Source: Candidatus Poribacteria bacterium (GTDB taxonomy: Bacteria; Poribacteria; WGA-4E; WGA-3G). Taken from it: 64,000 nucleotides of DNA. Positions 9,970 to 19,880 of this stretch are shown piece by piece. Location of the stretch: positions 1,536,001 through 1,600,000 of the forward strand of contig OZ219753.1 of assembly GCA_964291315.2 (NCBI GenBank), read 5' to 3'. Each line of letters begins with the position of its first letter. Position 1 is the first letter of the stretch. The notes beneath the pieces are model-generated. The model was given only the letters and a program-made list of their open reading frames with translations. It was not told the origin of the DNA and searched no databases. The translations under genes were made by a program, and so were the position numbers.

Positions 9970-11376
9970 TTAATCTCTGCGCTCTGCGAATAAATCTTCA
10001 ACAACAGGAATCGCCCCCGGCATACTAAAGACAATAACGCGGTCTGTCGGTTGTATAACAGATTGTTCTGTCGGAATAATGAGTCTATCCCGACGGATGA
10101 TTGCACCGATAAAAGCGTTTTTCGGGAATTTTCTTTTAAAAGACGCGAGCTCTTTATGCGTAATTTTCGAGTTAACCCCGGCAACGATCTCAATGACCTC
10201 CGCGTCTATCGTATGAAGTGATGCCACGGAGACGATCTGGCCGCGTCGGATAAGTCGAAGAATATTGCTGACGACAGTCAGGTGACGACTGACTGCACCG
10301 TCAAGTCTAGGGATACGTGCTAAGAGCGGGAGGTAGTGCGGCTGCTGGACAAGGGCAAGCACACGCTCTGCCCCGTTTTCTTTCGCTGTCATACAGGCCA
10401 TAATATCGTTTTCATCGTCACCTGTGACCGAAATGAATCCATCGACCCCCTCTACCCCTGCTTCTGTGAGCAGCCTAAATTGGAGATAATTACCTTGTAA
10501 AACCGTAGAACGTCTTAGCACTTCGGACGCTAAGGCGGCCTTGGTTTCATCGGCTTCGATCAGCTTAACGTTGGTGCCTCTCTTTTCCAGTGCGCGCGCC
10601 AATTCGATACCGATGGGGCTCGCGCCTACAATAATAACACGGTTGAGCTGTAGGTTAAAGGTGATCCCGCTGATGCGCAACAATTGTTCGACGGCTAACG
10701 CGCTGCCGATGACAAATGCCTCGTCGCCTTGTTGCAGAGCATCAGTCCCTTTCGGAATAATAGTCTGTCTGCTGCCGTTGTTTGTGGGTTCTCCATCATT
10801 GGCGTGTCCCTGTCGGCTAATGGCAGCAAACCGGATATCCGTGAGAAGCCCGTTTGCGTCTAAGCGCGCGAACGATTTGCCTATCAGCGGGTTTGACTGT
10901 TTGATTCGAAAAGAGACAAATCGTACTTTGCCGTCCTCAAAATCAACAATCTCTCGGGCTTCGGGAATCTGCAAGAGTCGAACAAATTCAGCTACACACA
11001 ATTCCTCAGGATTTACTATAAGGTCGATTCCGAAGTCTTTCGGTGTTAAGTCGCTTTCGGTGGCGAAATAGTCCGGATTTGAGACGCGCGCAATTTTGGT
11101 GCTTACCTTATACCTATCGGCTATCTGACAGGCGAGCATATTAATTTCATCGTTATTTGTGACGGCGATGAACAGATTCGCATCATCAATGCCAGCAGTT
11201 TTAAGAAGTTGTGGTGAAGTGCCTGACCCACATAGCATCTGCAAATCTAACTGTTCATTAACGCGGTGGCAGGCGGCATCAGATTCGTCTATAAGAATAA
11301 CATCGTTATCCTGAGCCGTGAGAAGCTTGGCGATATGAAAGCCAACTTCCCCGGCACCTATAATTATTGCTTTCAT
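9970..11376 (-). CDS. trkA: Trk potassium uptake NAD-binding subunit
   Basis: Two RCK domains, GAGEVG Rossmann motif; adjacent to trkH. Confidence 0.93.
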   Translation of the reverse strand: MKAIIIGAGEVGFHIAKLLTAQDNDVILIDESDAACHRVNEQLDLQMLCGSGTSPQLLKTAGIDDANLFIAVTNNDEINMLACQIADRYKVSTKIARVSNPDYFATESDLTPKDFGIDLIVNPEELCVAEFVRLLQIPEAREIVDFEDGKVRFVSFRIKQSNPLIGKSFARLDANGLLTDIRFAAISRQGHANDGEPTNNGSRQTIIPKGTDALQQGDEAFVIGSALAVEQLLRISGITFNLQLNRVIIVGASPIGIELARALEKRGTNVKLIEADETKAALASEVLRRSTVLQGNYLQFRLLTEAGVEGVDGFISVTGDDENDIMACMTAKENGAERVLALVQQPHYLPLLARIPRLDGAVSRHLTVVSNILRLIRRGQIVSVASLHTIDAEVIEIVAGVNSKITHKELASFKRKFPKNAFIGAIIRRDRLIIPTEQSVIQPTDRVIVFSMPGAIPVVEDLFAERRD

Positions 11377-11623
11377 TAATATATATACTTATTTTCTAAA
11401 ATTAAACAGCAGCAAAACGAAGACGAGTGCAAAAGTCGATCCATTTCCCTCTTCCATCCGAAGTTACGGTAGATATTCTGCTAAATCGATGGCAATTTTC
11501 TGACATTTAATCATGCCAATTTCGCGCCTCAGCGTTTCAATGCCTTTTTTGGATTTCTCTATTCTTTTCGAAAAACTCCTTGTCTTTTCTTGAGCGGATT
11601 CGACGTTTGATAGCGGAACGGGA

Positions 11624-14476
11624 TCAGTATTCATCCAGCGGCGGGCAGGCACACATAAGGTTTCTGTCACCGTAAACTTCGTTAATTCGTGCTACAGGGG
11701 GCCAAAATTTGGCAGCGCGCACCCAGGCCTTCGGAAACGCTGCTTTTTCGCGCGAATAGGGGCTCCCCCATTCAGATTGTATAACCATTTCTGCTGTGTG
11801 CGGTGCATTTTTCAGAACATTATCTACTCGATCCGCAACGCCTGTTTCTATCTCTGCTATTTCTTCGCGTATTGAAATCAGGGCGTTACAAAAACGTTCC
11901 AATTCTGCTTTTGATTCGCTTTCTGTCGGTTCAATCATCATCGTACCCAGTACGGGCCAAGAGACAGTTGGCGCGTGGAATCCGTAGTCCATTAGGCGTT
12001 TTGCGACATCTGTTACGTCTATGTCAGCGCTCTTTTTGAAACCACGCAGATCAATGATACACTCGTGTGCGACTAAGCCCTGTTTTCCGGTATAAAGCAC
12101 CGGATAGTGCGGGGCAAGCTGCTTTGCGACATAGTTCGCGTTAAGGATCGCGACCTCTGTCGCCATTGTAAGTCCTTCCGCGCCCATCATAGAGATATAT
12201 GCCCAAGAGATAGGAAGGATACTAGGACTTCCCCACGGTGCCGCCGACACTGCCCCTATCCCTGCTTTACCGCCTATAGGCACAATCGAGTGGGTGGGTA
12301 AGAAGTCTGTCAGATGGGCTTTCACACCAATCGGTCCCATGCCCGGGCCACCGCCTCCGTGAGGTATACAGAAGGTCTTGTGGAGGTTCAGATGGCAAAC
12401 ATCTGCTCCGATATCTGCGGGGTATGCTATGCCAACAAGGGCGTTCAGATTTGCACCATCCATATAGACCTGGCCACCTGATTGGTGAACAATGTTGCAA
12501 ACCTCGCGAATCTTCTCTTCAAAAACGCCGTGCGTTGATGGATACGTAATCATTGCCGCGGCGAGGGCGTCTCGATGTATATCTGCTTTTGCCCGGAGAT
12601 CCTCAATATCTATATTCCCTTCCGTGTCACACGCGACGACCACGATCTGCATGCCCGCCATAACCGCACTCGCTGGGTTTGTGCCGTGAGCGGAAGTCGG
12701 TATTAAGCAGACATTGCGATGAGCTTCGTTCCGACTCTGATGGTATCTGCGGATCACTAACAGGCCCGCATATTCACCTTGTGAACCCGCGTTCGGTTGC
12801 AATGAGATACCGCTGTAACCTGTTATCTCGGCTAACCATGTCTCAAGTTGTGAAAACAGATGTTGGTAACCCTCCGTTTGTTCGAGCGGCGCGAACGGGT
12901 GAAGTTCCGCGAACTCAGGCCAGGTCACCGGAATCATCTCTGCGGTAGCGTTGAGTTTCATCGTACAAGAACCGAGCGGAATCATTCCATTCACAAGCGA
13001 AAGGTCCTTCGCTTGGAGTTTGTGAATATAACGAAGCATCTCGGTTTCAGAATGATAGGTGTTGAAAACAGGATGTGTCAGATACGGGCTTTTACGTTGT
13101 AAATCTAACGGAATCTGACTCGTAGACAAAGTTTCCAGCCGCGTCTTGACACCAAATATTTCAAGAAGTTCTTCAACGTCTGCTGCAGTGCTTGTTTCAT
13201 CTAAGGAGATACCGATGTGTGTTGTATCTATTGCCCGCAGGTTGATCCGTCTCGCATGCGCGGCAGTCATTATATCCGCTGTTGTTTCTGCCTGAACGCG
13301 AACGGAAAGGGTATCAAAAACCGGGGATTCGCCCGTAGCGTGGCCAATTTCTTCAAGTCTAGCACGTAGCCTACAGGTGAGCAAATGGATCCGCTCCGCA
13401 ATTTGCTGAAGCCCTCTCGGACCATGGTAGACCGCATACATCCCCGCCATGACAGCAAGGAGCACCTGCGCCGTGCAGATATTGCTCGTGGCTTTTTCAC
13501 GGCGGATATGCTGTTCCCGCGTTTGAAGGGCCAAACGGATCGCCGGTTGCCCCAATGTATCTTGAGAGACACCTGCAATTCGTCCGGGGATCTGCCGTTT
13601 AAGTGCATCCCGGGCGGAGAGAAATGCGGCGTGCGGTCCCCCATAACCGAGCGGCACCCCAAAGCGTTGTGCGCTGCCGATAGCGATGTCCGCTCCAAAC
13701 TCCCCAGGGGGACGCAACAATGTTAATGCTAACAGGTCCGTTGCCGTAATCAACAGGCCTCCAGCGGCGTGTACCTCTTCAGCGAATCCGCTATAATCGT
13801 GAATCGCGCCGTCAGTGGCAGGATATTGCACGATGCCCCCTAAAATTGGGGTAGTCAAGCTCGCTGTTTGAGGATCACCGATACATAACCGGATGCCCAG
13901 AGGTTCAGCACGAGTCTGTAAAACTGAGATGGTTTGTGGATGGCAGGTTTTTGAGACAAAAAAATCGCGACACGTTTTCTGCTTAGTGTGGGCGAGACAC
14001 ATCCCCATTGCTTCAGCAGCCGCAGTCGCCTCGTCTAACAGAGAAGCGTTTGCAATAGGTAAACCTGTTAAGTCAATAACCATTGTTTGAAAGTTGAGCA
14101 GCGCTTCCAAACGTCCTTGTGAAATCTCTGCTTGATACGGAGTGTATTGTGTATACCAGCCTGGGTTTTCCAAAATATTTCGTTGGATTACGGAGGGGAC
14201 GGTGCAGTTATAGTACCCCATGCCGATGAAGGATCGGAAAACATCGTTTTCAGCCGCCAGCGCTTTGAGCGCGGAAAGTGCCTCCGCTTCTGATAGAACG
14301 CTTGTATCGCTATTTAAAGCGAAATCTGATGCCAAACGAATATCGGGCGGCACAACATCATCGATAAAATCTGCCATCGAAGAATAATTGAGCGTTACCA
14401 ACATCTGTTCAATATCATCTGATCGGGGTCCGATGTGTCGAGATGCGAAGGGTGTGATGTTGTTTTTTTCAGACAT
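11624..14476 (-). CDS. gcvP: Glycine dehydrogenase (decarboxylating), single-chain P protein
   Basis: [31 protein letters not shown] and HLNLHKTF (PLP lysine); start set at ATG 14476, overlapping the gcvH stop. Confidence 0.97.
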   Translation of the reverse strand: MSEKNNITPFASRHIGPRSDDIEQMLVTLNYSSMADFIDDVVPPDIRLASDFALNSDTSVLSEAEALSALKALAAENDVFRSFIGMGYYNCTVPSVIQRNILENPGWYTQYTPYQAEISQGRLEALLNFQTMVIDLTGLPIANASLLDEATAAAEAMGMCLAHTKQKTCRDFFVSKTCHPQTISVLQTRAEPLGIRLCIGDPQTASLTTPILGGIVQYPATDGAIHDYSGFAEEVHAAGGLLITATDLLALTLLRPPGEFGADIAIGSAQRFGVPLGYGGPHAAFLSARDALKRQIPGRIAGVSQDTLGQPAIRLALQTREQHIRREKATSNICTAQVLLAVMAGMYAVYHGPRGLQQIAERIHLLTCRLRARLEEIGHATGESPVFDTLSVRVQAETTADIMTAAHARRINLRAIDTTHIGISLDETSTAADVEELLEIFGVKTRLETLSTSQIPLDLQRKSPYLTHPVFNTYHSETEMLRYIHKLQAKDLSLVNGMIPLGSCTMKLNATAEMIPVTWPEFAELHPFAPLEQTEGYQHLFSQLETWLAEITGYSGISLQPNAGSQGEYAGLLVIRRYHQSRNEAHRNVCLIPTSAHGTNPASAVMAGMQIVVVACDTEGNIDIEDLRAKADIHRDALAAAMITYPSTHGVFEEKIREVCNIVHQSGGQVYMDGANLNALVGIAYPADIGADVCHLNLHKTFCIPHGGGGPGMGPIGVKAHLTDFLPTHSIVPIGGKAGIGAVSAAPWGSPSILPISWAYISMMGAEGLTMATEVAILNANYVAKQLAPHYPVLYTGKQGLVAHECIIDLRGFKKSADIDVTDVAKRLMDYGFHAPTVSWPVLGTMMIEPTESESKAELERFCNALISIREEIAEIETGVADRVDNVLKNAPHTAEMVIQSEWGSPYSREKAAFPKAWVRAAKFWPPVARINEVYGDRNLMCACPPLDEY

Positions 14477-14855
14477 CTTCCGCCTCAATATGTGCTTGAT
14501 ACCTCTCAGCATCAAGGAGTGCGTCAAGCTCCGCGGAGTCTATCATTTTGATTTTCAGCAGCCATCCGTCGGTGTAGGGCGATTCGTTCACCTGTTCTGG
14601 GGCATCAAGGAGTGATTCATTCACTGCGAGGACTTCACCGCTAACGGGCGCATAGAGGTCAAACGCTGCTTTAACAGATTCTATGACTCCGAACTCCGTT
14701 TTTTGTGTAAGGTCACTGCCGACTTCCGGCAACTCAACGTAGACGATATCTTGAATTTCCGATTGCGCGTAATCAGTGATACCGATAGTGACGATGTCAC
14801 CGTCCCTCTTTGCCCATTCATGGCTTTCCATATATTTTAGGTTTTCTGGAATCAT
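14469..14855 (-). CDS. gcvH: Glycine cleavage system H protein
   Basis: SHEW, GITDYAQ, lipoyl motif ESVKA and NESPY..GW; ATG 14855 with a GGAG RBS. Confidence 0.96.
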   Translation of the reverse strand: MIPENLKYMESHEWAKRDGDIVTIGITDYAQSEIQDIVYVELPEVGSDLTQKTEFGVIESVKAAFDLYAPVSGEVLAVNESLLDAPEQVNESPYTDGWLLKIKMIDSAELDALLDAERYQAHIEAEDV

Positions 14856-14881
14856 GTGCTTTCTCCATGTAAATATAATGT

Positions 14882-15949
14882 CTACGAACGTAGTAGAGGC
14901 CTCTCTGTGTCCGTACAATGCCGCTCCATTTTATGAACTTCTTGGATGTTTGTCGGGTATCCGTGTATTTGGTAGTCTTTTGAGGGTTGCAGTCCGTGCC
15001 TGTCAGCGAGTCTGCGGCGTGTTGTGTCAAGTGAGAGCAGTGTAAGATCAATCCCTATCCAGGGCCGGTTGAGGGTGTGTGCTGCATCTATTGTGGTGCC
15101 ACAACCGACAAAAGGGTCCATAACGAGATCGCCTTCATTGCTCGAGGCTTGTATCATGCGTTCGTAAAGGATAATAGGTTTCTGTGTCGCATAGCCGAGA
15201 CGTTCTTTAGAGGTTCTGCCGACCATATCCACTTCCCAAACATCGCGCATAGATGCCATCGTGTACCAACGGCCTTCTTTATCTTGAAATTCGTTAATAC
15301 CTTCAAAACGATAAGGCTTGAAGTTCCGATTGTATGACTTTTCCTTCTGAATATTAAAGGTATGTCTGTTCCTAAAATTTCGGGTGTAGAAGAGAATTAC
15401 ATCGTGCTTACGCGCAAACCAATTTTTGCTGATGCCCCCTGAGCGGTATGACCATACAATCTCATTCCGAAAGTGCTCATTTTTCTTTCGATTGTTCTGA
15501 TCCCAAATTGCGTCCATTATGCCTTTAAGGTAGTGGCTTGCGGTGGGATCGCAGTGTAGGTAAATACTGCCGGTCTCTTTGAGGAGCCGGTGCATCTCTG
15601 CGAGGCGCGGCCCCATAAACGCGAGGTATGCTCGCATCGCGCCCTTGTTGCCCGATACTGCGTTTTGTAGCACAAGATCATAGCCTTTGAGGCAGACATC
15701 CAGTGCTTTGTAGGTGTCGCTGGTGCGTGCCATTCTTTCAATGTCAGTGCGTGTGTCTTGTGCCGGGGTGTCCCAGGTCCAAGTGTCTGTAAATGCTTTA
15801 GCTTGTGCCTTGGAATCAGTAAGGAATGCATTGTAATCACGCCCGCTGTTGAAGGGCGGATCGGTACATATTAGGTCGACGTGCTGGTCGTCCATTTCTT
15901 GCATGACTTCAAGGTTGTCACCGAAGTATAGACTGTTCGGTAGGATCAT
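14882..15949 (-). CDS. Beta-class amino-DNA methyltransferase without a nuclease domain (tandem paralogue of 15973-17484)
   Basis: DPPF, GSIYLHCD, TQKP and DPFVGCGTT motifs; start set at ATG 15949 (MILPNSLY). Confidence 0.88.
   Translation of the reverse strand: MILPNSLYFGDNLEVMQEMDDQHVDLICTDPPFNSGRDYNAFLTDSKAQAKAFTDTWTWDTPAQDTRTDIERMARTSDTYKALDVCLKGYDLVLQNAVSGNKGAMRAYLAFMGPRLAEMHRLLKETGSIYLHCDPTASHYLKGIMDAIWDQNNRKKNEHFRNEIVWSYRSGGISKNWFARKHDVILFYTRNFRNRHTFNIQKEKSYNRNFKPYRFEGINEFQDKEGRWYTMASMRDVWEVDMVGRTSKERLGYATQKPIILYERMIQASSNEGDLVMDPFVGCGTTIDAAHTLNRPWIGIDLTLLSLDTTRRRLADRHGLQPSKDYQIHGYPTNIQEVHKMERHCTDTERPLLRS
14930..15169. repeat. Direct repeat block 2 (motif I region of the MTase); partner at 16465-16704
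   Basis: 240-bp segments align without gaps at offset 1535, with scattered substitutions. Confidence 0.9.
15505..15938. repeat. Direct repeat block 1 (N-terminal catalytic region of the MTase); partner at 17049-17482
   Basis: 434-bp segments align without gaps at offset 1544, with about a dozen mostly synonymous differences counted by eye. Confidence 0.92.
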
Positions 15950-15972
15950 TTTTCTCTCTATTAGTATGATAT

Positions 15973-17484
15973 TTACGAGCGCATTAGAGTCATCTGTGTG
16001 TCCGTAAAGTGCCGTTCTACCTTTCGCATCGGGGCAATCCACGCGGCAGGTAAACGGATAATGTCCTTCAAGGAGCTCGGATTTTCAAAATAGGTGTCGT
16101 CTATTTGCCAGAATTGCAGGCGCGGAAATGTTTCATTGTTGTGATAAAACGTTCCCATATCAGCTGCAACCTGACGCATGCCGGCACTAACAGGTGTAAT
16201 TGTGATAAATACACCGATTGCATCGTTTTTGTTCATCACATGACAGAAGGCGCGGACTTGTGAGATCGTCGGTTTCCCGCTTTTGACTTCAGCAAGGATA
16301 CGTGTATGGGTCGTCTGCCCTTCTTCTGGGTCCCAGAGCGTGATATGTCCGACGTTTGCCTCACCATCTTTCCCACCGTCTCCCACAGATTTCGTCGGTT
16401 GAAGTCCGAGGCGTGTGACTGCCCAGTTAGAGAAGTCGTGATATTTCTTTTCATCTCGGACGAGTTTATGAACTTCTTGGATGTTTGTCGGGTATCCGTG
16501 TATTTGGTAGTCTTTTGAGGGTTGCAGTCCGTGCCTGTCAGCGAGTCTGCGGCGCATAGGGTCAAGTGATAGAAGTGTGAGATCGATCCCTATCCAGGGC
16601 CGGTTGAGGGTGTGCGCTGCATCTATTGTGGTGCCGCACCCGGCGAAGGGATCCATGACGAGATCGCCTTCGTTGCTTGAGGCTTGTATCATGCGTTCGT
16701 AAAGTGCCCGCGGCTTTTGCGTCGGATAGTCGAGCCGTTCTTTTGCCATGGAATTCAGTGAGGGGATGTCTTTCCACCAATCGTTAGGGATCATTCCTTC
16801 GTCAGGGTAGTAATATCTTTTTTTCCCCGCATCAACACGGATCCGACACTTCCTGCCTTGATTATCTACCTGCCGATAATGGCTTGCCAGATATTCTTCA
16901 CTAATAGGCATTTTGTAACTTCCCCAAAATGCTTTGTCAGTTTTCGTATAAAGCAAAAGAGTGTCGTGTTTTTTGGAAAAGAAACGTTTAGGGCGACCAC
17001 TGTTAGAGTATCCCCAAGCAATCTCATTTCTATAATTCTCTATATCAAAAATTGCGTCCATTACGCCTTTAAGGTAGTGGCTTGCGGTGGGATCGCAGTG
17101 TAGGTAAATACTGCCGGTCTCTTTGAGGAGCCGGTGCATCTCTGCGAGGCGCGGCCCCATAAACGCGAGGTATGCTCGCATCGCGCCTTTGTTGCCCGAT
17201 ACTGCGTTTTGTAACACAAGGTCGTAACCCTTGAGGCAGACATCCAATGCTTTGTAGGTGTCGCTGGTGCGCGCCATTCTTTCAATGTCAGTGCGCGTGT
17301 CTTGTGCCGGGGTGTCCCAGGTCCAAGTGTCTGTAAATGCTTTAGCTTGTGCCTTGGAATCAGTAAGGAATGCATTGTAATCACGCCCGCTGTTGAAGGG
17401 CGGATCGGTACATATTAGGTCGACGTGCTGGTCGTCCATTTCTTGCATGACTTCAAGGTTATCACCGAAGTATAGACTGTTCAT
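15973..17484 (-). CDS. Beta-class amino-DNA methyltransferase fused to a C-terminal Mrr-like PD-(D/E)xK endonuclease domain
   Basis: DPPF, PTQKP and DPFAGCGTT motifs; the C-terminal GDGGKDG...AEVKSG...VRAF...GVFIT pattern resembles Mrr_cat. Confidence 0.88.
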   Translation of the reverse strand: MNSLYFGDNLEVMQEMDDQHVDLICTDPPFNSGRDYNAFLTDSKAQAKAFTDTWTWDTPAQDTRTDIERMARTSDTYKALDVCLKGYDLVLQNAVSGNKGAMRAYLAFMGPRLAEMHRLLKETGSIYLHCDPTASHYLKGVMDAIFDIENYRNEIAWGYSNSGRPKRFFSKKHDTLLLYTKTDKAFWGSYKMPISEEYLASHYRQVDNQGRKCRIRVDAGKKRYYYPDEGMIPNDWWKDIPSLNSMAKERLDYPTQKPRALYERMIQASSNEGDLVMDPFAGCGTTIDAAHTLNRPWIGIDLTLLSLDPMRRRLADRHGLQPSKDYQIHGYPTNIQEVHKLVRDEKKYHDFSNWAVTRLGLQPTKSVGDGGKDGEANVGHITLWDPEEGQTTHTRILAEVKSGKPTISQVRAFCHVMNKNDAIGVFITITPVSAGMRQVAADMGTFYHNNETFPRLQFWQIDDTYFENPSSLKDIIRLPAAWIAPMRKVERHFTDTQMTLMRS

Positions 17485-17520
17485 CTGCTAATCTTTATTA
17501 TACAGTTTGACTTTCAGGGT

Positions 17521-18597
17521 TTAGATAAAAGGGACGTTTACAATTTTAGCCGGATGTATCCTATCCCGAATTTCTATGTCAATTTCTCCATCGTCAGGCA
17601 TTAACTGCGCTGTTACGGCCGCAAGGCCGATATTGCGTTTCAGACTTGGGGAGGGTGCGCCGCTTGTCACGTTCCCTATCTGTTTACCGTCCCGGTAGAC
17701 GGCATAACCGGTGCGCGCGACAGCACGGTCAAGCATCTGAAATCCTATCAACTGCCTTACAGGGCCCTTTCGTCTCTGTGTGACGAGTGCGTTCTTGCCG
17801 ATAAATTTGCGGTTCTTGAACTTGACAAATTTACCTAACCCGACTTCAAATGGATTTGTATCGGTATTCATATCTACGTCGTAAAGGCGGAGACCAGCTT
17901 CAAGACGCAACGTATCGCGCGCACCGAGTCCTACAGGCTGACCTTCTGCTTCTATTACAGCAGGATAGAGCACTTCCCATAAATCTTTTGCTCTCCTTGC
18001 GTTAACGTACAACTCAAAACCGTTTTCGCCGGTATACCCGGTTCGTGAAATTAGCGTAGGTATCTCGTCAACCTCGGCTACAACAAAACCGAAAAATGGA
18101 ATTTCAGAAACATCGTGTTCAGTAACAAAAGCGTTTAGAATATTTATTGATTTTGGACCTTGCAATGCAATAAGGGCAGTGTTATCGCTTTGGTCTGCTA
18201 TTTCTGCAGCCATACTGTTTTGGGTTTCTATCCATGCCATATCTTTTTCGATATTAGCAGCGTTGACAACCAACATATAGTGGTTATCCGCGTATCGGTA
18301 AATAAGAAGGTCATCAATTATGCCGCCTGTTTTGTTGCAAAAAAGAGTGTACAGCACACGTCCATCCGTTAAACGCCCGGCATCGTTTGTGCTGAGTTTT
18401 TGTACCAATTCATTCGCCCCATGCCCGCGAATATCAATTTCTCCCATGTGTGACAGATCGAACAACCCAGCAGCCGATCGTACGGCAAGATGTTCTTTAA
18501 CGATGCTGCTGTATTGGAGCGGCATTTCCCACCCACCGAATTCGGTGAATTTGGCGCTGAGATACTTATGGACTCGGTAAAGCGGTGTTTTTTTCAT
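17521..18597 (-). CDS. gcvT: Glycine cleavage system aminomethyltransferase T
   Basis: KTPLY, FGGWEMPLQY, FDLSHMGE, SRTGYTGE and GLGARDTLRLEAG motifs. Confidence 0.97.
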   Translation of the reverse strand: MKKTPLYRVHKYLSAKFTEFGGWEMPLQYSSIVKEHLAVRSAAGLFDLSHMGEIDIRGHGANELVQKLSTNDAGRLTDGRVLYTLFCNKTGGIIDDLLIYRYADNHYMLVVNAANIEKDMAWIETQNSMAAEIADQSDNTALIALQGPKSINILNAFVTEHDVSEIPFFGFVVAEVDEIPTLISRTGYTGENGFELYVNARRAKDLWEVLYPAVIEAEGQPVGLGARDTLRLEAGLRLYDVDMNTDTNPFEVGLGKFVKFKNRKFIGKNALVTQRRKGPVRQLIGFQMLDRAVARTGYAVYRDGKQIGNVTSGAPSPSLKRNIGLAAVTAQLMPDDGEIDIEIRDRIHPAKIVNVPFI

Positions 18598-18631
18598 GTT
18601 TTGCCGTTAAAGAGGCGTGGGCTCAACGTTT

Positions 18632-18784
18632 TTAAAGCCTATAGATGCATGCAAGATTCCCACCAAAAATCAGTGCTTCTGCGTCATCGCCAAGCTCCAA
18701 TCGCTTAAGGGCGTTAATAACCTGAATTGGACGGTATTCGGGCAAATTAGAGCCTAGGATATCTACTTCAAAATTGTCTTTCAT
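18632..18784 (-). CDS. Small hypothetical protein (50 aa)
   Basis: AAGAGG RBS upstream of ATG 18784; fills the gap between co-oriented genes; no family recognised. Confidence 0.4.
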   Translation of the reverse strand: MKDNFEVDILGSNLPEYRPIQVINALKRLELGDDAEALIFGGNLACIYRL

Positions 18785-18806
18785 GAGCAAGTTTCCTCTT
18801 AGGCGG

Positions 18807-19868
18807 TTACGGGGTCGGACTTTCGTTGATAAGAATCGCTCCATTTGATCCGACTTCAAAAACCGCCTTTCCGTTTGTTACAGAATCTCGATAATCTGTA
18901 TAGGCAGATTCCGCATTGGCGGAGTCTGCAAAACGGATAATGAAAACAATCGGGGTATCCAACCATGTTTCTGATTTCATATTTTCCCAATAGCGCGATG
19001 AGATACCGATCGCTGTATCGGTCAATTGTGGAATAGTAGTCGGTAGGCTGCTGTAGATTTGACGCAACGTCCAATTTGAGCGGAATAGTTTGACACTTCC
19101 ATTCACTTTATTGCTGCTCGGTAATAGCGCGAATATCCTCGGGTCCCGAGGCGGATCTTCAATTTGTGCAGCAACAATTTTAGCGAGGGCAACCATACCT
19201 TCCCGGATGCTAGTCGCTATTTCGTAACCCTCGATCTGAACGAAATACTTCCCTTTTGAAAAGCGGAGATAGTTGCCTGAAAGGAGAGCCTTACACCCCA
19301 CCCATTCAATTTTCATTTGTGGATAGGTGTAGAAATTATAAATCCCAAATGCGTTTTCTGGCGAGCCCATGTCGAATATCTCAAGTAAAATCAGCGGCTT
19401 TGAACCAAAGCGGGGCGTTTCATATTCCACCTCCGCTTGTCGTTGAAAGCCGTAGGCATAGTAAAGCTTCGGAGACGAGCTTCTGTCACGATAGAGCGTT
19501 TCACCCTCGTAAGTTGAGGGCAAGCGTGACTGGACCCAGCCCCCTGACTCTCGATCGCTCGGTAAAAGATGGGTTGGTGAAATATCAGTTCGTCCGGTGT
19601 TTTTTGCGGTTGATGGTTCTAACGCAGCTGACGCGTTTTTGATATTTGATCTTATCTCAAGTATCGCCTTTTGCGCTTTCTCCTCCGTGGTACTGTGCCA
19701 TACCCCGTAGATATATCGTGCTTCCTGCTGAACGGCTGTCCAGTTTCCCCGCTCCTCACTACATGAGAGCAGCGTCAAACTAAAAAAGAGGGGCATCCCA
19801 AGCAAGAAATGGAGAGATTTAGAAAAAAAGTCTGTTCCCTTACCTTTCGTTCGTTCGATCGTTTCCAT
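18807..19868 (-). CDS. Putative lipoprotein, DUF6599-like
   Basis: Hydrophobic segment ending LLSC; YEGETLY...LEIFDMGSPENAFGIY...FSKGKYFV pattern. Confidence 0.6.
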   Translation of the reverse strand: METIERTKGKGTDFFSKSLHFLLGMPLFFSLTLLSCSEERGNWTAVQQEARYIYGVWHSTTEEKAQKAILEIRSNIKNASAALEPSTAKNTGRTDISPTHLLPSDRESGGWVQSRLPSTYEGETLYRDRSSSPKLYYAYGFQRQAEVEYETPRFGSKPLILLEIFDMGSPENAFGIYNFYTYPQMKIEWVGCKALLSGNYLRFSKGKYFVQIEGYEIATSIREGMVALAKIVAAQIEDPPRDPRIFALLPSSNKVNGSVKLFRSNWTLRQIYSSLPTTIPQLTDTAIGISSRYWENMKSETWLDTPIVFIIRFADSANAESAYTDYRDSVTNGKAVFEVGSNGAILINESPTP

Positions 19869-19880
19869 GCGTGCGTCCTA

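Noticed and set aside
15950-16042. N-terminal extension of the 386-aa MTase ORF in the track
   Set aside because: It overlaps the end of the upstream MTase; homology to the paralogue starts at NSLY, and an RBS precedes ATG 15949.
15517-17384. Two near-identical 107-aa ORFs (15517-15840 and 17061-17384)
   Set aside because: They are alternative-frame shadows of the duplicated MTase block, not independent genes.
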